Assembly: GCA_017540505.1 (NCBI GenBank)
Contig: JAFYAW010000012.1
Coordinates: 13,847-77,846 of the forward strand
DNA length: 64,000 nt
Origin: Bacteroidales bacterium
Lineage (GTDB): Bacteria > Bacteroidota > Bacteroidia > Bacteroidales > WCHB1-69
Reading direction: 5' to 3'
Part shown: positions 1-9,207 of the stretch, piece by piece
Numbering within the stretch: the stretch's first letter is position 1
Layout of the letters: the number at the start of each line of letters is the position of its first letter
The notes under the pieces: generated by a model
What the model was told of the DNA's origin: nothing
The model's database searches: none
What the model saw: the letters and a program-made list of their open reading frames with translations, nothing else
Program-made: the position numbers and the translations under genes

Positions 1-680
1 TAATTCCGCTCATCGCGGATGGTCAACGTATGTTCCTTGCACTCTGATATTTGCCACCTGTATTCCTGCACCACCCGATGGGCGGGCTTCTTGGCGGTGG
101 GCCGCACGAACGTGCGTGCGCTACAACACAATCCTGCCGCACGCGCCACAGCATCAAACGCCTCCCCCTCCATCGTAGGCAGTATCAACACGAAACGTCC
201 CGTTTCGCACAGCAGTTCCCGCACGCACGCCACCAACTCCTCAAACGTGAGCTGGCCGTCACCATGTCGGCTTTTCAATCGGGAGGGCTCCGTTGGTTTC
301 AGATCCCGATGGTAAAAGGGCGGATTGCTGACAATCAAATCGAATTTCGGAGCAACATCCATCCGGGCGAAATCCTGGATGCGACCATGCACAAACTGGA
401 AACTGCCGGCAGGAAGCAACGGATAGAGGTTCGCATTATGCTGCGCTTCCGCCACGGAGCCGGCATCGGCATCCACGCCATAGATATGTGCCGACACGCC
501 TTGCCGGGCCATCTTTTGGGCCACACAGAAGGCCACCACCCCGCATCCGCAGCCAATGTCGAGCAGCGACCGCACATCCCGCACATCGGTTAGGGCCGCT
601 AATAACACCGCATCCGTGCCGATTTTCATCGTGCTACGGTCGTGTTCCAACACAAATTTCCTGAACAGAAAAGAGGCCAT
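1..680 (-). CDS. class I SAM-dependent methyltransferase, tRNA1(Val) (adenine37-N6)-methyltransferase-like; C-terminus cut by window edge
   Basis: Absent from the ORF track because it runs off the window. Reverse complement from ATG at 680-678 reads MASFLFRKFVLEHDRSTMKIGTDAVLLAAL...SLLDIGCGCGVVAFCVA (SAM motif I)...FDLIVSNPPFY (N6-adenine NPPF/Y motif), with no stop down to position 1. Confidence 0.7.
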   Translation of the reverse strand, partial: MASFLFRKFVLEHDRSTMKIGTDAVLLAALTDVRDVRSLLDIGCGCGVVAFCVAQKMARQGVSAHIYGVDADAGSVAEAQHNANLYPLLPAGSFQFVHGRIQDFARMDVAPKFDLIVSNPPFYHRDLKPTEPSRLKSRHGDGQLTFEELVACVRELLCETGRFVLILPTMEGEAFDAVARAAGLCCSARTFVRPTAKKPAHRVVQEYRWQISECKEHTLTIRDERN

Positions 681-1664
681 TTAACAGTATATTTCCAACA
701 GGCTTGCCGTCGGAGCCGGCACCAGCGTGATTTCCTGCATGTCGGCGGGCACTAACAGCACATCGCCTTTGTTCATTGTTTCTTCACCGCCGTCAAAGCG
801 CATCCCGGCCTTTCCATTGATGCACATATAAATCACGAAAGAGTCCAACGTCACCAGATTCCTCGTCCACGGCTGATCCAAATCCAGTCGGCCCACATTA
901 AAATACTGGGAGCGCACGAGGCTGACCAGCGCATTTTTCTTGGGCTCGTACGGCATCTTGAACTCGCCGAGGTTCTCCTCCAAGCGGATGGCCTTCAGCG
1001 CCTCCTCCACGTGAAGCTCGCGCGAGCGACCCTCCTCGTCCACCCGGTTCCAGTCGAAGAAGCGGAAGGTGATGTCGGAGGGCTGCTGGATTTCCGCGAG
1101 GAGCACGCCTTTGCCGATGGCGTGGACCGTGCCTGCCGGAATCATGAACGTGTCGCCGGGGCTTACCGGGTAGAAGCGCAGCAGCTCGGCTAACGCGCCA
1201 CTGTTGACAGCGTTTTCAATCTGCTCTAATGTCAGCTTCTCCTTGAATCCAATATAGAGGCCGCTGCCGGGTTCGGCATCCAGCACGTGCCACATCTCCG
1301 TCTTGCCGTTCTGCCCATACTCCTTCTGCGCCAACTCGTCATCGGGATGCACCTGCACCGAGAGATTATCCTGCGCATCTATGTATTTGATCAACAACGG
1401 AAATCCCAAACCATATTTTTCATAATTCTCCTCTCCCACCAGATCCGTAAGGTAAATTTCCAAAAGTTCGTTGAGGTTGTTTTCCGCCAAGAAACCGTTC
1501 GTCACCACCGATTCATCATCCACAAGGCCGGACACCTCCCAGCTCTCGCCACAGCGCGACATGGAGCTGGTGTCACGGCCCAGCAGGCGGGTAATGCGGG
1601 TACCACCCCAGATTTTCTCTTTTACAATAGGTTGGAAACGGAAAGGATAGAGCGAGGAGTGCAT
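681..1664 (-). CDS. manA: mannose-6-phosphate isomerase, type I (cupin)
   Basis: 327 aa. KIWGG near the N-terminus, metal-ligand contexts LSVQVHPDD and GKTEMWHVL, and TVHAIGKG. The stop abuts the start of the downstream methyltransferase. Confidence 0.8.
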   Translation of the reverse strand: MHSSLYPFRFQPIVKEKIWGGTRITRLLGRDTSSMSRCGESWEVSGLVDDESVVTNGFLAENNLNELLEIYLTDLVGEENYEKYGLGFPLLIKYIDAQDNLSVQVHPDDELAQKEYGQNGKTEMWHVLDAEPGSGLYIGFKEKLTLEQIENAVNSGALAELLRFYPVSPGDTFMIPAGTVHAIGKGVLLAEIQQPSDITFRFFDWNRVDEEGRSRELHVEEALKAIRLEENLGEFKMPYEPKKNALVSLVRSQYFNVGRLDLDQPWTRNLVTLDSFVIYMCINGKAGMRFDGGEETMNKGDVLLVPADMQEITLVPAPTASLLEIYC

Positions 1665-1676
1665 ATTTTTCTGATT

Positions 1677-2630
1677 TTAACGTTTTTGCGGGTTATAAAT
1701 CTGCCGAGGCGAATAATGGTAGTCGGGCTTCACCTTGTCGGGGTTGGTGCCGCGCACGCTCTTCATGAAGACCCAGCGGCCCGACTCCTCCACAAAACCT
1801 TGGCTCAAGCTGGACTCGGGCACCAGGAAGGCAGCACTGGATAGGCCCTCCTCCATCGGGATCAGCTCATCGAAGATGATCATCGGCGCATTCACCGCCT
1901 TGTAGTCCATCTCTTTGGTTTTGGGGTTGTATTTCCCCGTACTCACCAGATACTGCTGCTGCTCGTAATTGAGGTGCAGCGTGGCGTTTTTGGAATACTC
2001 GAAGATGACGCGGCTGACCTTTTCAGGGTAGTTCTTGAAAATACGTCCTCCGAAAATCGGCACCTTTTCCTTGTTGAAATGCAGAATCTCGATAATTTTC
2101 TGATTGGTGAGCAGATTATTGCCATTCCATCCCAACAGTGTATAATAGGTGAAATCCTTTCCCTTCACTGGAATTATCTTGTAATAAACCGCGCCATACC
2201 AACGGTTATGGTTGCCGATCATCGTTTTAGGATAATCGATGGCGTTGCGTTTGTCATACAGGGGGAAAAGCAGGAATTTTTTTCTGGATTCATTATATAT
2301 TTGGACAAATCCGAAATTCTCGACGGAATAATCCTGTTTCATCACATACCAGGTGAAAATGCGGAACACATTATCAGGGGAGGTGAGCACGGCGAAGTTC
2401 TTGACGGAATCCCATTTGTGCTCAAACGAGTGCGGGCGTTGCAGGACCTCTTCCAGCAAGGTCATGAAATCCTCGTTCAGGGCCAGGCGTGCGGTCTCGT
2501 CAGGCTCGTTCATCACCTGGTCGCGCAGGGTGATCAGCGAATCCTCCCACAGGCGGAAGCCGTAGTCCTTCTGGGCGGCAATAGGGAGGCCGCAGCAGAT
2601 CAGGATGATATAGGTGAAGATTCGTTTCAT
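1677..2630 (-). CDS. exported hypothetical protein
   Basis: The longest ORF starts at 2651, but a -7 promoter box (2641-2648) lies inside it. The Met8 start at 2630 gives the signal peptide MKRIFTYIILICCGLPIAAQ. I recognise no domain. Confidence 0.55.
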   Translation of the reverse strand: MKRIFTYIILICCGLPIAAQKDYGFRLWEDSLITLRDQVMNEPDETARLALNEDFMTLLEEVLQRPHSFEHKWDSVKNFAVLTSPDNVFRIFTWYVMKQDYSVENFGFVQIYNESRKKFLLFPLYDKRNAIDYPKTMIGNHNRWYGAVYYKIIPVKGKDFTYYTLLGWNGNNLLTNQKIIEILHFNKEKVPIFGGRIFKNYPEKVSRVIFEYSKNATLHLNYEQQQYLVSTGKYNPKTKEMDYKAVNAPMIIFDELIPMEEGLSSAAFLVPESSLSQGFVEESGRWVFMKSVRGTNPDKVKPDYHYSPRQIYNPQKR

Positions 2631-2640
2631 AAAAGGGTGG

Positions 2641-2648
2641 CAAAAATA
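2641..2648 (-). promoter_or_regulatory. Bacteroidetes -7 promoter box (TAnnTTTG)
   Basis: The minus strand reads TATTTTTG about 11 nt upstream of the ATG at 2630. Confidence 0.45.
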
Positions 2649-2695
2649 CAAAAACTTAGGGGAATATCAAAAACGTTCCGTTTCCGTATTTTCTT

Positions 2696-2703
2696 TATCT
2701 TTG
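2696..2703 (+). promoter_or_regulatory. Bacteroidetes -7 promoter box (TAnnTTTG)
   Basis: TATCTTTG lies 38 nt upstream of the ATG at 2741. Confidence 0.5.
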
Positions 2704-2740
2704 CGGCTCATTATGAAATAACCCAAATAAAACAACGAAT

Positions 2741-3946
2741 ATGGCAAAAGTTCTCATCATCGGGGCCGGCGGCGTAGGTGCCGTGGTAGCCCACAAATGC
2801 GCTTCCGTACCGGAAGTCTTCACGGAAATCATGCTCGCCTCCCGCACCAAATCCAAATGCGACAAGATCGCAGCCGAAATCGGAGGCAACCGCATCCAGA
2901 CCGCACAGGTGGATGCCGACAATGTGGAGGAAACCATCCGCCTGATTGAAAGCTATAAACCCGACCTGCTGATCAACGTGGCCCTGCCCTATCAGGACCT
3001 TCCGCTCATGGATGCCTGTCTGGCCACCAAGACCAACTACATGGACACGGCCAACTACGAGCCCCGCGACAAAGCCAAATTCGAGTACAGCTGGCAGTGG
3101 GCCTATCAGGACCGCTTCAAAGAGGCCGGCATCATGGCCCTCCTCGGCTGCGGCTTCGACCCGGGCGTGACCAGCATCTACACCGCATACGCCGCCAAGC
3201 ACTATTTCGATGAGATCCACTACCTCGACATCGTGGACTGCAACGCCGGCGACCACGGCAAGGCCTTCGCCACCAACTTCAATCCCGAAATCAACATCCG
3301 CGAGATCACCCAGCGCGGCAAGTACTGGGAGAACGGCCAATGGGTGGAAATCGACCCAATGTCCATCCACCGTCCCGTGGATTACCCCAACATCGGCGAA
3401 CGCGAATCCTACCTGCTCTACCACGAGGAGCTGGAATCGCTGGTGCGCAGCTACCCATCCATCAAGCGTGCCCGCTTCTGGATGACCTTCGGACAGAAAT
3501 ACATCACCGTGCTCAATGTGCTGCAGGAAATCGGCATGACCAGCATCAAGCCCATCAACTACCAGGGTATGGACATCGTGCCGCTGCAGTTCCTGAAGGC
3601 CGTGCTGCCGGAGCCCTCCTCCTTAGGCGAAGGGTACCACGGACAGACCTCCATCGGCTGCCAGATCAAGGGTATAAAAGACGGGAAAGAGCGCACCTAC
3701 TATGTGTATAACAACTGCGACCACGCCGAATGCTTCAAGGAGATAGGCGCACAGGCCGTCTCTTACACCACGGGGGTGCCCGCCATGCTCTGCGCCAAGA
3801 TGATTCTCACCGGCACTTGGAAAGGCACGGGGGTGTTCAACGTGGAGCAGTTCGATCCGGATCCCTTCATGAAGGAGATCGGCGGCTACGGACTGCCCTG
3901 GCACGAGGTCATCGACCAGTCGCTGCCGGTCTATGCGCACGAATAG
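2741..3946 (+). CDS. saccharopine dehydrogenase family protein, carboxynorspermidine dehydrogenase/synthase-like (polyamine biosynthesis)
   Basis: 401 aa. N-terminal Rossmann motif KVLIIGAGGVGAVVAHK. Length and layout are typical of the bacterial carboxy(nor)spermidine dehydrogenase family. Confidence 0.7.
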   Translation: MAKVLIIGAGGVGAVVAHKCASVPEVFTEIMLASRTKSKCDKIAAEIGGNRIQTAQVDADNVEETIRLIESYKPDLLINVALPYQDLPLMDACLATKTNYMDTANYEPRDKAKFEYSWQWAYQDRFKEAGIMALLGCGFDPGVTSIYTAYAAKHYFDEIHYLDIVDCNAGDHGKAFATNFNPEINIREITQRGKYWENGQWVEIDPMSIHRPVDYPNIGERESYLLYHEELESLVRSYPSIKRARFWMTFGQKYITVLNVLQEIGMTSIKPINYQGMDIVPLQFLKAVLPEPSSLGEGYHGQTSIGCQIKGIKDGKERTYYVYNNCDHAECFKEIGAQAVSYTTGVPAMLCAKMILTGTWKGTGVFNVEQFDPDPFMKEIGGYGLPWHEVIDQSLPVYAHE

Positions 3947-3975
3947 AGCATCTTTGTCAATCTTAAAAGAGAACA

Positions 3976-4398
3976 ATGAAACTCATTCAGAAAATCAAAG
4001 AGAAAAAGCAACAGTTGATCCGGTTCTTGTTCGGCTCGTTCTCCGCCACCGCTCTGATGTTTACCTTTCAGGCTTGCTATGGGCCGCCGACTTTCGAAGA
4101 GGAAGTCCAGATTTTTGGCGTTGTCACAGATGCCGAAACCCAAGAGCCCGTGGAAGGTATCGCCATTGGTTTTGGAGAAGGAGTGCCGGAGGGCATAATA
4201 GACACGACCGACAACACTGGCTCCTTCGGAGATGCTAACCCCAAGTACATTCTATGGTTCGACACTTACCATGTCTATCTATGGGATACCGACAGCACAG
4301 AACATGGCCTGTATGAGTCGAAGACCACCACGCTTTCATTCGAAGACCTGCATTCACCCATCCAGCTGACAGTCAACCGGGTTCATGAAGACGAATAG
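3976..4398 (+). CDS. small putative lipoprotein, radical-SAM-associated
   Basis: 140 aa. Basic N-terminus, hydrophobic stretch ending in Cys (ATALMFTFQAC), then an acidic beta-rich body (VQIFGVVTDAETQEPVEGIAIGFG). Overlaps the next gene by 14 nt. Confidence 0.6.
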   Translation: MKLIQKIKEKKQQLIRFLFGSFSATALMFTFQACYGPPTFEEEVQIFGVVTDAETQEPVEGIAIGFGEGVPEGIIDTTDNTGSFGDANPKYILWFDTYHVYLWDTDSTEHGLYESKTTTLSFEDLHSPIQLTVNRVHEDE

Positions 4399-5443
4399 GC
4401 GAAACCCTTTCAAGAGATGTCTGTTCCGTATCTTCCGTCGGAATGAGACCGCCATTCACGAACTGAATTACCTGTTTTGGGAATGTACCTGGCGGTGCAA
4501 TTTGTCGTGCCGGCACTGCGGCTCCGACTGCAAGACCGAATCCTGTGTCCAGGACATGCCCTTTGCCGACTTCCTCAACGCCATAAAACCTTTGGAAAAA
4601 CGCTATCCGCGCAATACCACCGTCATCGCCATCACGGGTGGCGAGCCGCTGTTGCGCAAGGACTTGGCCGATTGCGGGCGAGCCTTGCGCCAACACGGTT
4701 TCCATTGGGGCATCGTCACCAATGGCATGTTGTACGACGAAACGCGCCACAAGGAGCTTCTGGCAGCGGGCTTAGGTTCCGTCACCGTGAGCTTGGATGG
4801 TTTGGAAGAGACCCACAACTGGCTCCGCCAGCATCCGGAGAGTTTTCAGCGTGCCTTGCGTGCGTTGAAGCTCATAGCCAGTGCGCCGCAGCTCAACTAC
4901 GACGTGGTAACCTGCGTGCACCAACGCAATCTGGCGGAACTTCCAGCCCTCAAGGAGGTGCTCATCGCCAACGGTATCCGGCACTGGCGGCTCTTCACCA
5001 TCGCCCCCATCGGACGCGCCGCCCACGACCACGAGCTACAACTCACCCGCGCACAGGTGGAATCCATGTTCCAGTTCATCGCCGACACACGCCGCGAAGG
5101 GAAAATCGACATCAAATTCAGTTGTGAAGCTTATACGGGCAAATATGAGGAGAGCGTTCGCGACAGCTATTTCTTCTGCCGCGCCGGCATCAACATTGGC
5201 TCCGTGCTCATCAACGGCGACATCTCCGCATGCCCCAACATCAACCGTTCATTCGTGCAAGGCAACATCTACCATGACGACCTTATGGATGTGTGGGACA
5301 ACCGTTTCCAAGTCATGCGCGAACGTGAGTGGATGCGCTGCGGTCCCTGCGCCCGCTGTACCGAATACAAGCAATGCTTGGGTGGGGCCATGCACCTCCG
5401 GGAAAGCCGAGGAGAGAACATCATGCGCTGTTGGAAGTTTTGA
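4385..5443 (+). CDS. radical SAM protein with C-terminal Cys-rich (SPASM/twitch-like) region
   Basis: 352 aa. CNLSCRHC matches the CX3CX2C radical SAM cluster motif. GGEPLL is a SAM-binding motif. C-terminal cluster RCGPCARCTEYKQC. Confidence 0.8.
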   Translation: MKTNRRNPFKRCLFRIFRRNETAIHELNYLFWECTWRCNLSCRHCGSDCKTESCVQDMPFADFLNAIKPLEKRYPRNTTVIAITGGEPLLRKDLADCGRALRQHGFHWGIVTNGMLYDETRHKELLAAGLGSVTVSLDGLEETHNWLRQHPESFQRALRALKLIASAPQLNYDVVTCVHQRNLAELPALKEVLIANGIRHWRLFTIAPIGRAAHDHELQLTRAQVESMFQFIADTRREGKIDIKFSCEAYTGKYEESVRDSYFFCRAGINIGSVLINGDISACPNINRSFVQGNIYHDDLMDVWDNRFQVMREREWMRCGPCARCTEYKQCLGGAMHLRESRGENIMRCWKF

Positions 5444-5473
5444 GAATCCTCCTGCAAATTCCCCGTTTTTTCG

Positions 5474-5481
5474 TATTTTTG
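5474..5481 (+). promoter_or_regulatory. Bacteroidetes -7 promoter box (TAnnTTTG)
   Basis: TATTTTTG lies 41 nt upstream of the rfbB ATG. Confidence 0.5.
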
Positions 5482-5521
5482 CCCCGCAATTATTTAGCAT
5501 TAAAGAATAAAAACATTTTAT

Positions 5522-6574
5522 ATGAAAAAAATCCTGATTACCGGAGGTGCCGGTTTCATCGGCTCCCATGTTGTAAGACTTTTCGTCAACAAATATCCCG
5601 ATTACGACATCTATAACTTAGACAACCTTACATACGCCGGGAACCTCGAAAACCTGACCGATGTGGAAGGAAAAACCAACTACCATTTCATCAAGGGCGA
5701 TATTGCCGATCAGGATTTTATCATGAAAATCTTTCAGGAGCATCAGTTTGACGGGGTCATCCACTTGGCTGCCGAGTCACACGTGGACCGTTCCATCACC
5801 GACCCGATGACTTTCGTGCACACCAACGTGTTAGGCACCGTGCATCTGCTGAATGCCGCCCGCACCATTTGGAACGGCAATTGGGAAGGCAAGAAATACT
5901 ACCAGATCTCCACGGATGAGGTTTACGGAGCATTGGGGGCTACAGGCGCATTCCAGGAGACCACCCCATACAACCCGCACAGTCCCTACTCTGCCGCCAA
6001 GGCCAGTGCCGACCATTTCGTGCGCGCCTACCACGACACATACGGCATGCCGACCGTCATCAGCAACTGCTCCAACAACTATGGTCCGTACCAGTTTCCA
6101 GAAAAGCTTATTCCTTTGTTTATCAATAATATAAAACACAATAAACCGCTTCCTGTGTACGGTCAGGGCATCAACGTGCGTGACTGGCTCTACGTGGAGG
6201 ACCATGCCGAGGCCATCGACCTCATCTTCCACAAGGCCGCTCCCGGCTCTACCTACAACATCGGCGGCAATAACGAGTGGCGCAACATCGACCTCATCAA
6301 GAAGCTGATCGAGATCATGGACCGCAAGCTGGGCCGTCCAGAAGGCACTTCGCTGGCTTTGATTACCTACGTCACCGACCGCGCCGGCCACGACCTACGC
6401 TATGCCATCGACCCTACCAAGATCAAGAACGAGTTGGGCTGGCAGCCGAGAGTGAAGTTCGATGAAGGCTTCGAGAAAACCGTGGACTGGTACTTAGCCA
6501 ACGAGGAGTGGTTCAACCACGTCACCTCTGGAGCCTACGTGGACTACTACAAGAAAATGTACGAGGGACGATAG
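5522..6574 (+). CDS. rfbB: dTDP-glucose 4,6-dehydratase
   Basis: 350 aa. GGAGFIGSH Rossmann motif, SDR catalytic context YSAAKASAD (YxxxK), and LDNLTYAGNLENL typical of RfbB. Confidence 0.9.
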   Translation: MKKILITGGAGFIGSHVVRLFVNKYPDYDIYNLDNLTYAGNLENLTDVEGKTNYHFIKGDIADQDFIMKIFQEHQFDGVIHLAAESHVDRSITDPMTFVHTNVLGTVHLLNAARTIWNGNWEGKKYYQISTDEVYGALGATGAFQETTPYNPHSPYSAAKASADHFVRAYHDTYGMPTVISNCSNNYGPYQFPEKLIPLFINNIKHNKPLPVYGQGINVRDWLYVEDHAEAIDLIFHKAAPGSTYNIGGNNEWRNIDLIKKLIEIMDRKLGRPEGTSLALITYVTDRAGHDLRYAIDPTKIKNELGWQPRVKFDEGFEKTVDWYLANEEWFNHVTSGAYVDYYKKMYEGR

Positions 6575-6604
6575 TCGGCAACGATCCCATAACCTTGCAG
6601 GAAC

Positions 6605-8038
6605 ATGGTTTTCAGCTCGCTGACCTTCTTATTCCTATTTCTCCCCATTGTTATATGCCTGTTGGCACTTTGCCGGCGGGTGCCCTATCAGAACACACTC
6701 CTGTTCGCCGCCAGCATCCTCTTTTATGCTTGGGGCGGTGTCAGCTACACGCTGATTCTCATTGTATCCATATTGGTAAACTACATTTGCGGTTTGCTCA
6801 TCGCCCGACGACGGCGGCGGACCTTCTGGTTAGTGTTAGCCATCATCTTGGATTTGTCCGCGTTAGCATTCTTCAAATACGCCAACTTCATAGTGGACAA
6901 CTTCAACATCTTGGGTGGCATGTTCGGCATGTCGCCAATCACTCTGCGGAACATAGTATTGCCCATCGGCATCTCCTTCTATACCTTCCAGGGCATCTCA
7001 TACATAGTGGACGTATATCGGGGTCAGGTGCAGGCGCAGACCAACCTCATCAAATTAGGCACCTATATTGCTCTGTTCCCGCAACTGATAGCCGGGCCCA
7101 TCATCCGATACCATGAAATCGAGCCGCAACTCTCGAACCGTGATTTCAGCTTCGGGAACATGTATGAGGGCATTCGCCGCTTCTGCATCGGGTTGGCACG
7201 TAAAGTTTTCATCGCGAACCAATTGGCTATCATTGCCGATGACATCTTCGCACGCGCACCGGAAACCATGCCCTGGTGGGCGCTTTGGATCGGCGCCCTT
7301 TGCTACTCGCTGCAAATCTACCACGACTTTGCCGGCTATTCCGACATGGCCATCGGATTGGGCCGGATGTTCGGGTTCCGATTCCCCGAGAACTTCAATT
7401 TCCCGTATCTTGCCACCTCCATCCGTGAATTCTGGCGGCGCTGGCACATCACACTCTCGGCCTGGTTCAAAGATTATCTATACATCCCATTAGGAGGAAA
7501 CCGCAAGGGTGAGAAACGCACTTTTCTCAATCTCTACATCGTGTTCTTCCTCACTGGCCTCTGGCATGGGGCCAGCTGGACCTTCGTGGTATGGGGCCTT
7601 CTGCACGGTTCCTTCATGGTGATAGAGCGCATTGGCTTCGACCGTGTTTTGGGCAAAGTCTTCAAGCCCGCACAACACTTGTACGCACTGCTCGTGGTGG
7701 TCATCGCGTGGGTCTTCTTCCGTGCCGACGGAATAACCTACGCGTTGCACTATGTGCGGCAGATGTTCGCCTTCGTTGGCGGCTCCGGCAGCGGTCTCTT
7801 CCTGCAACAATATCTCCAGCCTTCGTTTATCCTGTTCGCCACGGTAGGCGTAGTCGGATGCACCCCGCTGTTCGCCCGCTGCCATGAAGCCCTTCAGACA
7901 GCCATCGTTAGAGGCAACAAACCTCTTTGGCACCTGCAGCACATCGGCACCATCGCCGCCATCGCCATCCTGTTGTTGACAGTAAGCAGCTTTTTAGTCG
8001 CTGGCAGTTACAATCCTTTCATCTATTTCCGATTCTAA
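6605..8038 (+). CDS. MBOAT family O-acyltransferase (AlgI/DltB/PatA-like)
   Basis: 477 aa polytopic membrane protein. Conserved MBOAT histidine context FWRRWHITLSAWFKDYLYIPLGGNR. Confidence 0.85.
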   Translation: MVFSSLTFLFLFLPIVICLLALCRRVPYQNTLLFAASILFYAWGGVSYTLILIVSILVNYICGLLIARRRRRTFWLVLAIILDLSALAFFKYANFIVDNFNILGGMFGMSPITLRNIVLPIGISFYTFQGISYIVDVYRGQVQAQTNLIKLGTYIALFPQLIAGPIIRYHEIEPQLSNRDFSFGNMYEGIRRFCIGLARKVFIANQLAIIADDIFARAPETMPWWALWIGALCYSLQIYHDFAGYSDMAIGLGRMFGFRFPENFNFPYLATSIREFWRRWHITLSAWFKDYLYIPLGGNRKGEKRTFLNLYIVFFLTGLWHGASWTFVVWGLLHGSFMVIERIGFDRVLGKVFKPAQHLYALLVVVIAWVFFRADGITYALHYVRQMFAFVGGSGSGLFLQQYLQPSFILFATVGVVGCTPLFARCHEALQTAIVRGNKPLWHLQHIGTIAAIAILLLTVSSFLVAGSYNPFIYFRF

Positions 8039-8040
8039 CC

Positions 8041-9207
8041 ATGAAAGAGCGCCAGAACCCCTATATTATCCTCACCGTCATCCTGTTCGTATGCATGCTG
8101 GCCTTCCCTGCCTTCCATTTAGTATGCCATCGCAATCAGGCGACCGACAGCCAACGGGAGAACAGGACCTTGGCTTCATTCCCTTCACTGAATCCGGCCC
8201 GTCTGGACAAATTCCCAGCCCAGTTCGATTACTATTTCAACGACCATTTCCCTTTCCGCGACCGATTCTTGGACGCCTACTTCCTCTATGCCATGTTCAA
8301 CCGACAGTCACCCACACCGTCCGTCGTTCTCGGCAAAGAGGATTTCCTTTTTAGTGGTAAAGAGGAGAAAGAGCTTTTCGAAGGGAAATTGGAGTTTACG
8401 GAGGAGCAGATGGCCATTGTGGCGGATGAGTTGGCACGGCGTTTCGACACTCTTCAAAAGATGGGCATCCGTTACTACGTATTCCTTGCCCCCACTTCAT
8501 ATGAGATCCACCCGGAATATCTGCCTCCCTATTTACGGCGGGCCCCTGAAACAGCTACCGATAAGTTTTGTAAAGTGATGCGTGAGCGTGCGCCAGAAGT
8601 CCCACTCACCTACCTCAAATCCACTCTCCTCAACCATAAAGGGGGCACGCTGCTATACCGCAAAAACGACAACCACTGGAACATGCTTGCGGCTCAATAT
8701 AGTGCTGAAAAAATCCTGAAGACGCTCTCCAAAGACTATCCTATGCTGCCTGCTACCATATGTCAGGATTTTGACCTTAGCCCTTACGTTTATGACGGCG
8801 GCAATCTGTATTCTTGGATCTCCATACGGGGAAATTCTCCCAAATACCGTGCAGATCAGGAATATGGCGTTCTTTACACGGATACTATTGGTTTTATTTC
8901 CATAGAGGATACCGAACAGGACTTCACCCCAACCGAAGGGTTCGCCTATCCGGACGCGTATGAAAAACAATTCCGTACCAACCGCACCGACCACCCAAAA
9001 ATCCTGTTCATCCGTGACTCTTATTGTAACAACATCATCCCCTTTGTATCGCCCTACTTCCATGAGTCGCTTTTCATTTTCGACGCATGGCAATATGGGG
9101 CAAATTACGATATCATACGACAAGTGAATCCTAATATTGTGGTGCTGATGATTTACGAGCCGCACATCCGCAACATATACAAAACGTTAGAATTTTCATG
9201 CAAATAA
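8041..9207 (+). CDS. AlgJ/AlgX-like (DxHW motif) putative polysaccharide O-acetyltransferase partner
   Basis: The ATG at 8041 lies 2 nt after the MBOAT stop; the ORF-track start at 7927 overlaps the MBOAT gene. N-terminal membrane anchor ILTVILFVCMLAFPAF. NDNHWN matches the D-x-H-W motif of AlgJ/AlgX-type proteins. Confidence 0.6.
   Translation: MKERQNPYIILTVILFVCMLAFPAFHLVCHRNQATDSQRENRTLASFPSLNPARLDKFPAQFDYYFNDHFPFRDRFLDAYFLYAMFNRQSPTPSVVLGKEDFLFSGKEEKELFEGKLEFTEEQMAIVADELARRFDTLQKMGIRYYVFLAPTSYEIHPEYLPPYLRRAPETATDKFCKVMRERAPEVPLTYLKSTLLNHKGGTLLYRKNDNHWNMLAAQYSAEKILKTLSKDYPMLPATICQDFDLSPYVYDGGNLYSWISIRGNSPKYRADQEYGVLYTDTIGFISIEDTEQDFTPTEGFAYPDAYEKQFRTNRTDHPKILFIRDSYCNNIIPFVSPYFHESLFIFDAWQYGANYDIIRQVNPNIVVLMIYEPHIRNIYKTLEFSCK

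Noticed and set aside
19-593. Plus-strand ORFs 19-315 and 51-593, and minus-strand ORF 335-586, at the left edge.
   Set aside because: They overlap the minus-strand methyltransferase frame, which carries motif I and NPPF. Their translations are Arg/His/Pro-rich nonsense.
5441-5494. Possible UGA (selenocysteine) read-through of the radical SAM gene, extending it by ESSCKFPVFSYFCPAII.
   Set aside because: The extension runs through the rfbB -7 promoter box. I could not identify a SECIS-like hairpin after the UGA. Sec machinery is not evident in the window. Treated as an ordinary stop.
7927-8040. N-terminal extensions in the ORF track (7927 for the AlgJ-like gene, 43680 for the AKR, 35801 for CotH, 42668 TTG for the GNAT).
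   Set aside because: The extensions overlap the preceding gene or its spacer and encode non-signal, low-complexity sequence. Internal ATGs give proper signal peptides or domain starts.
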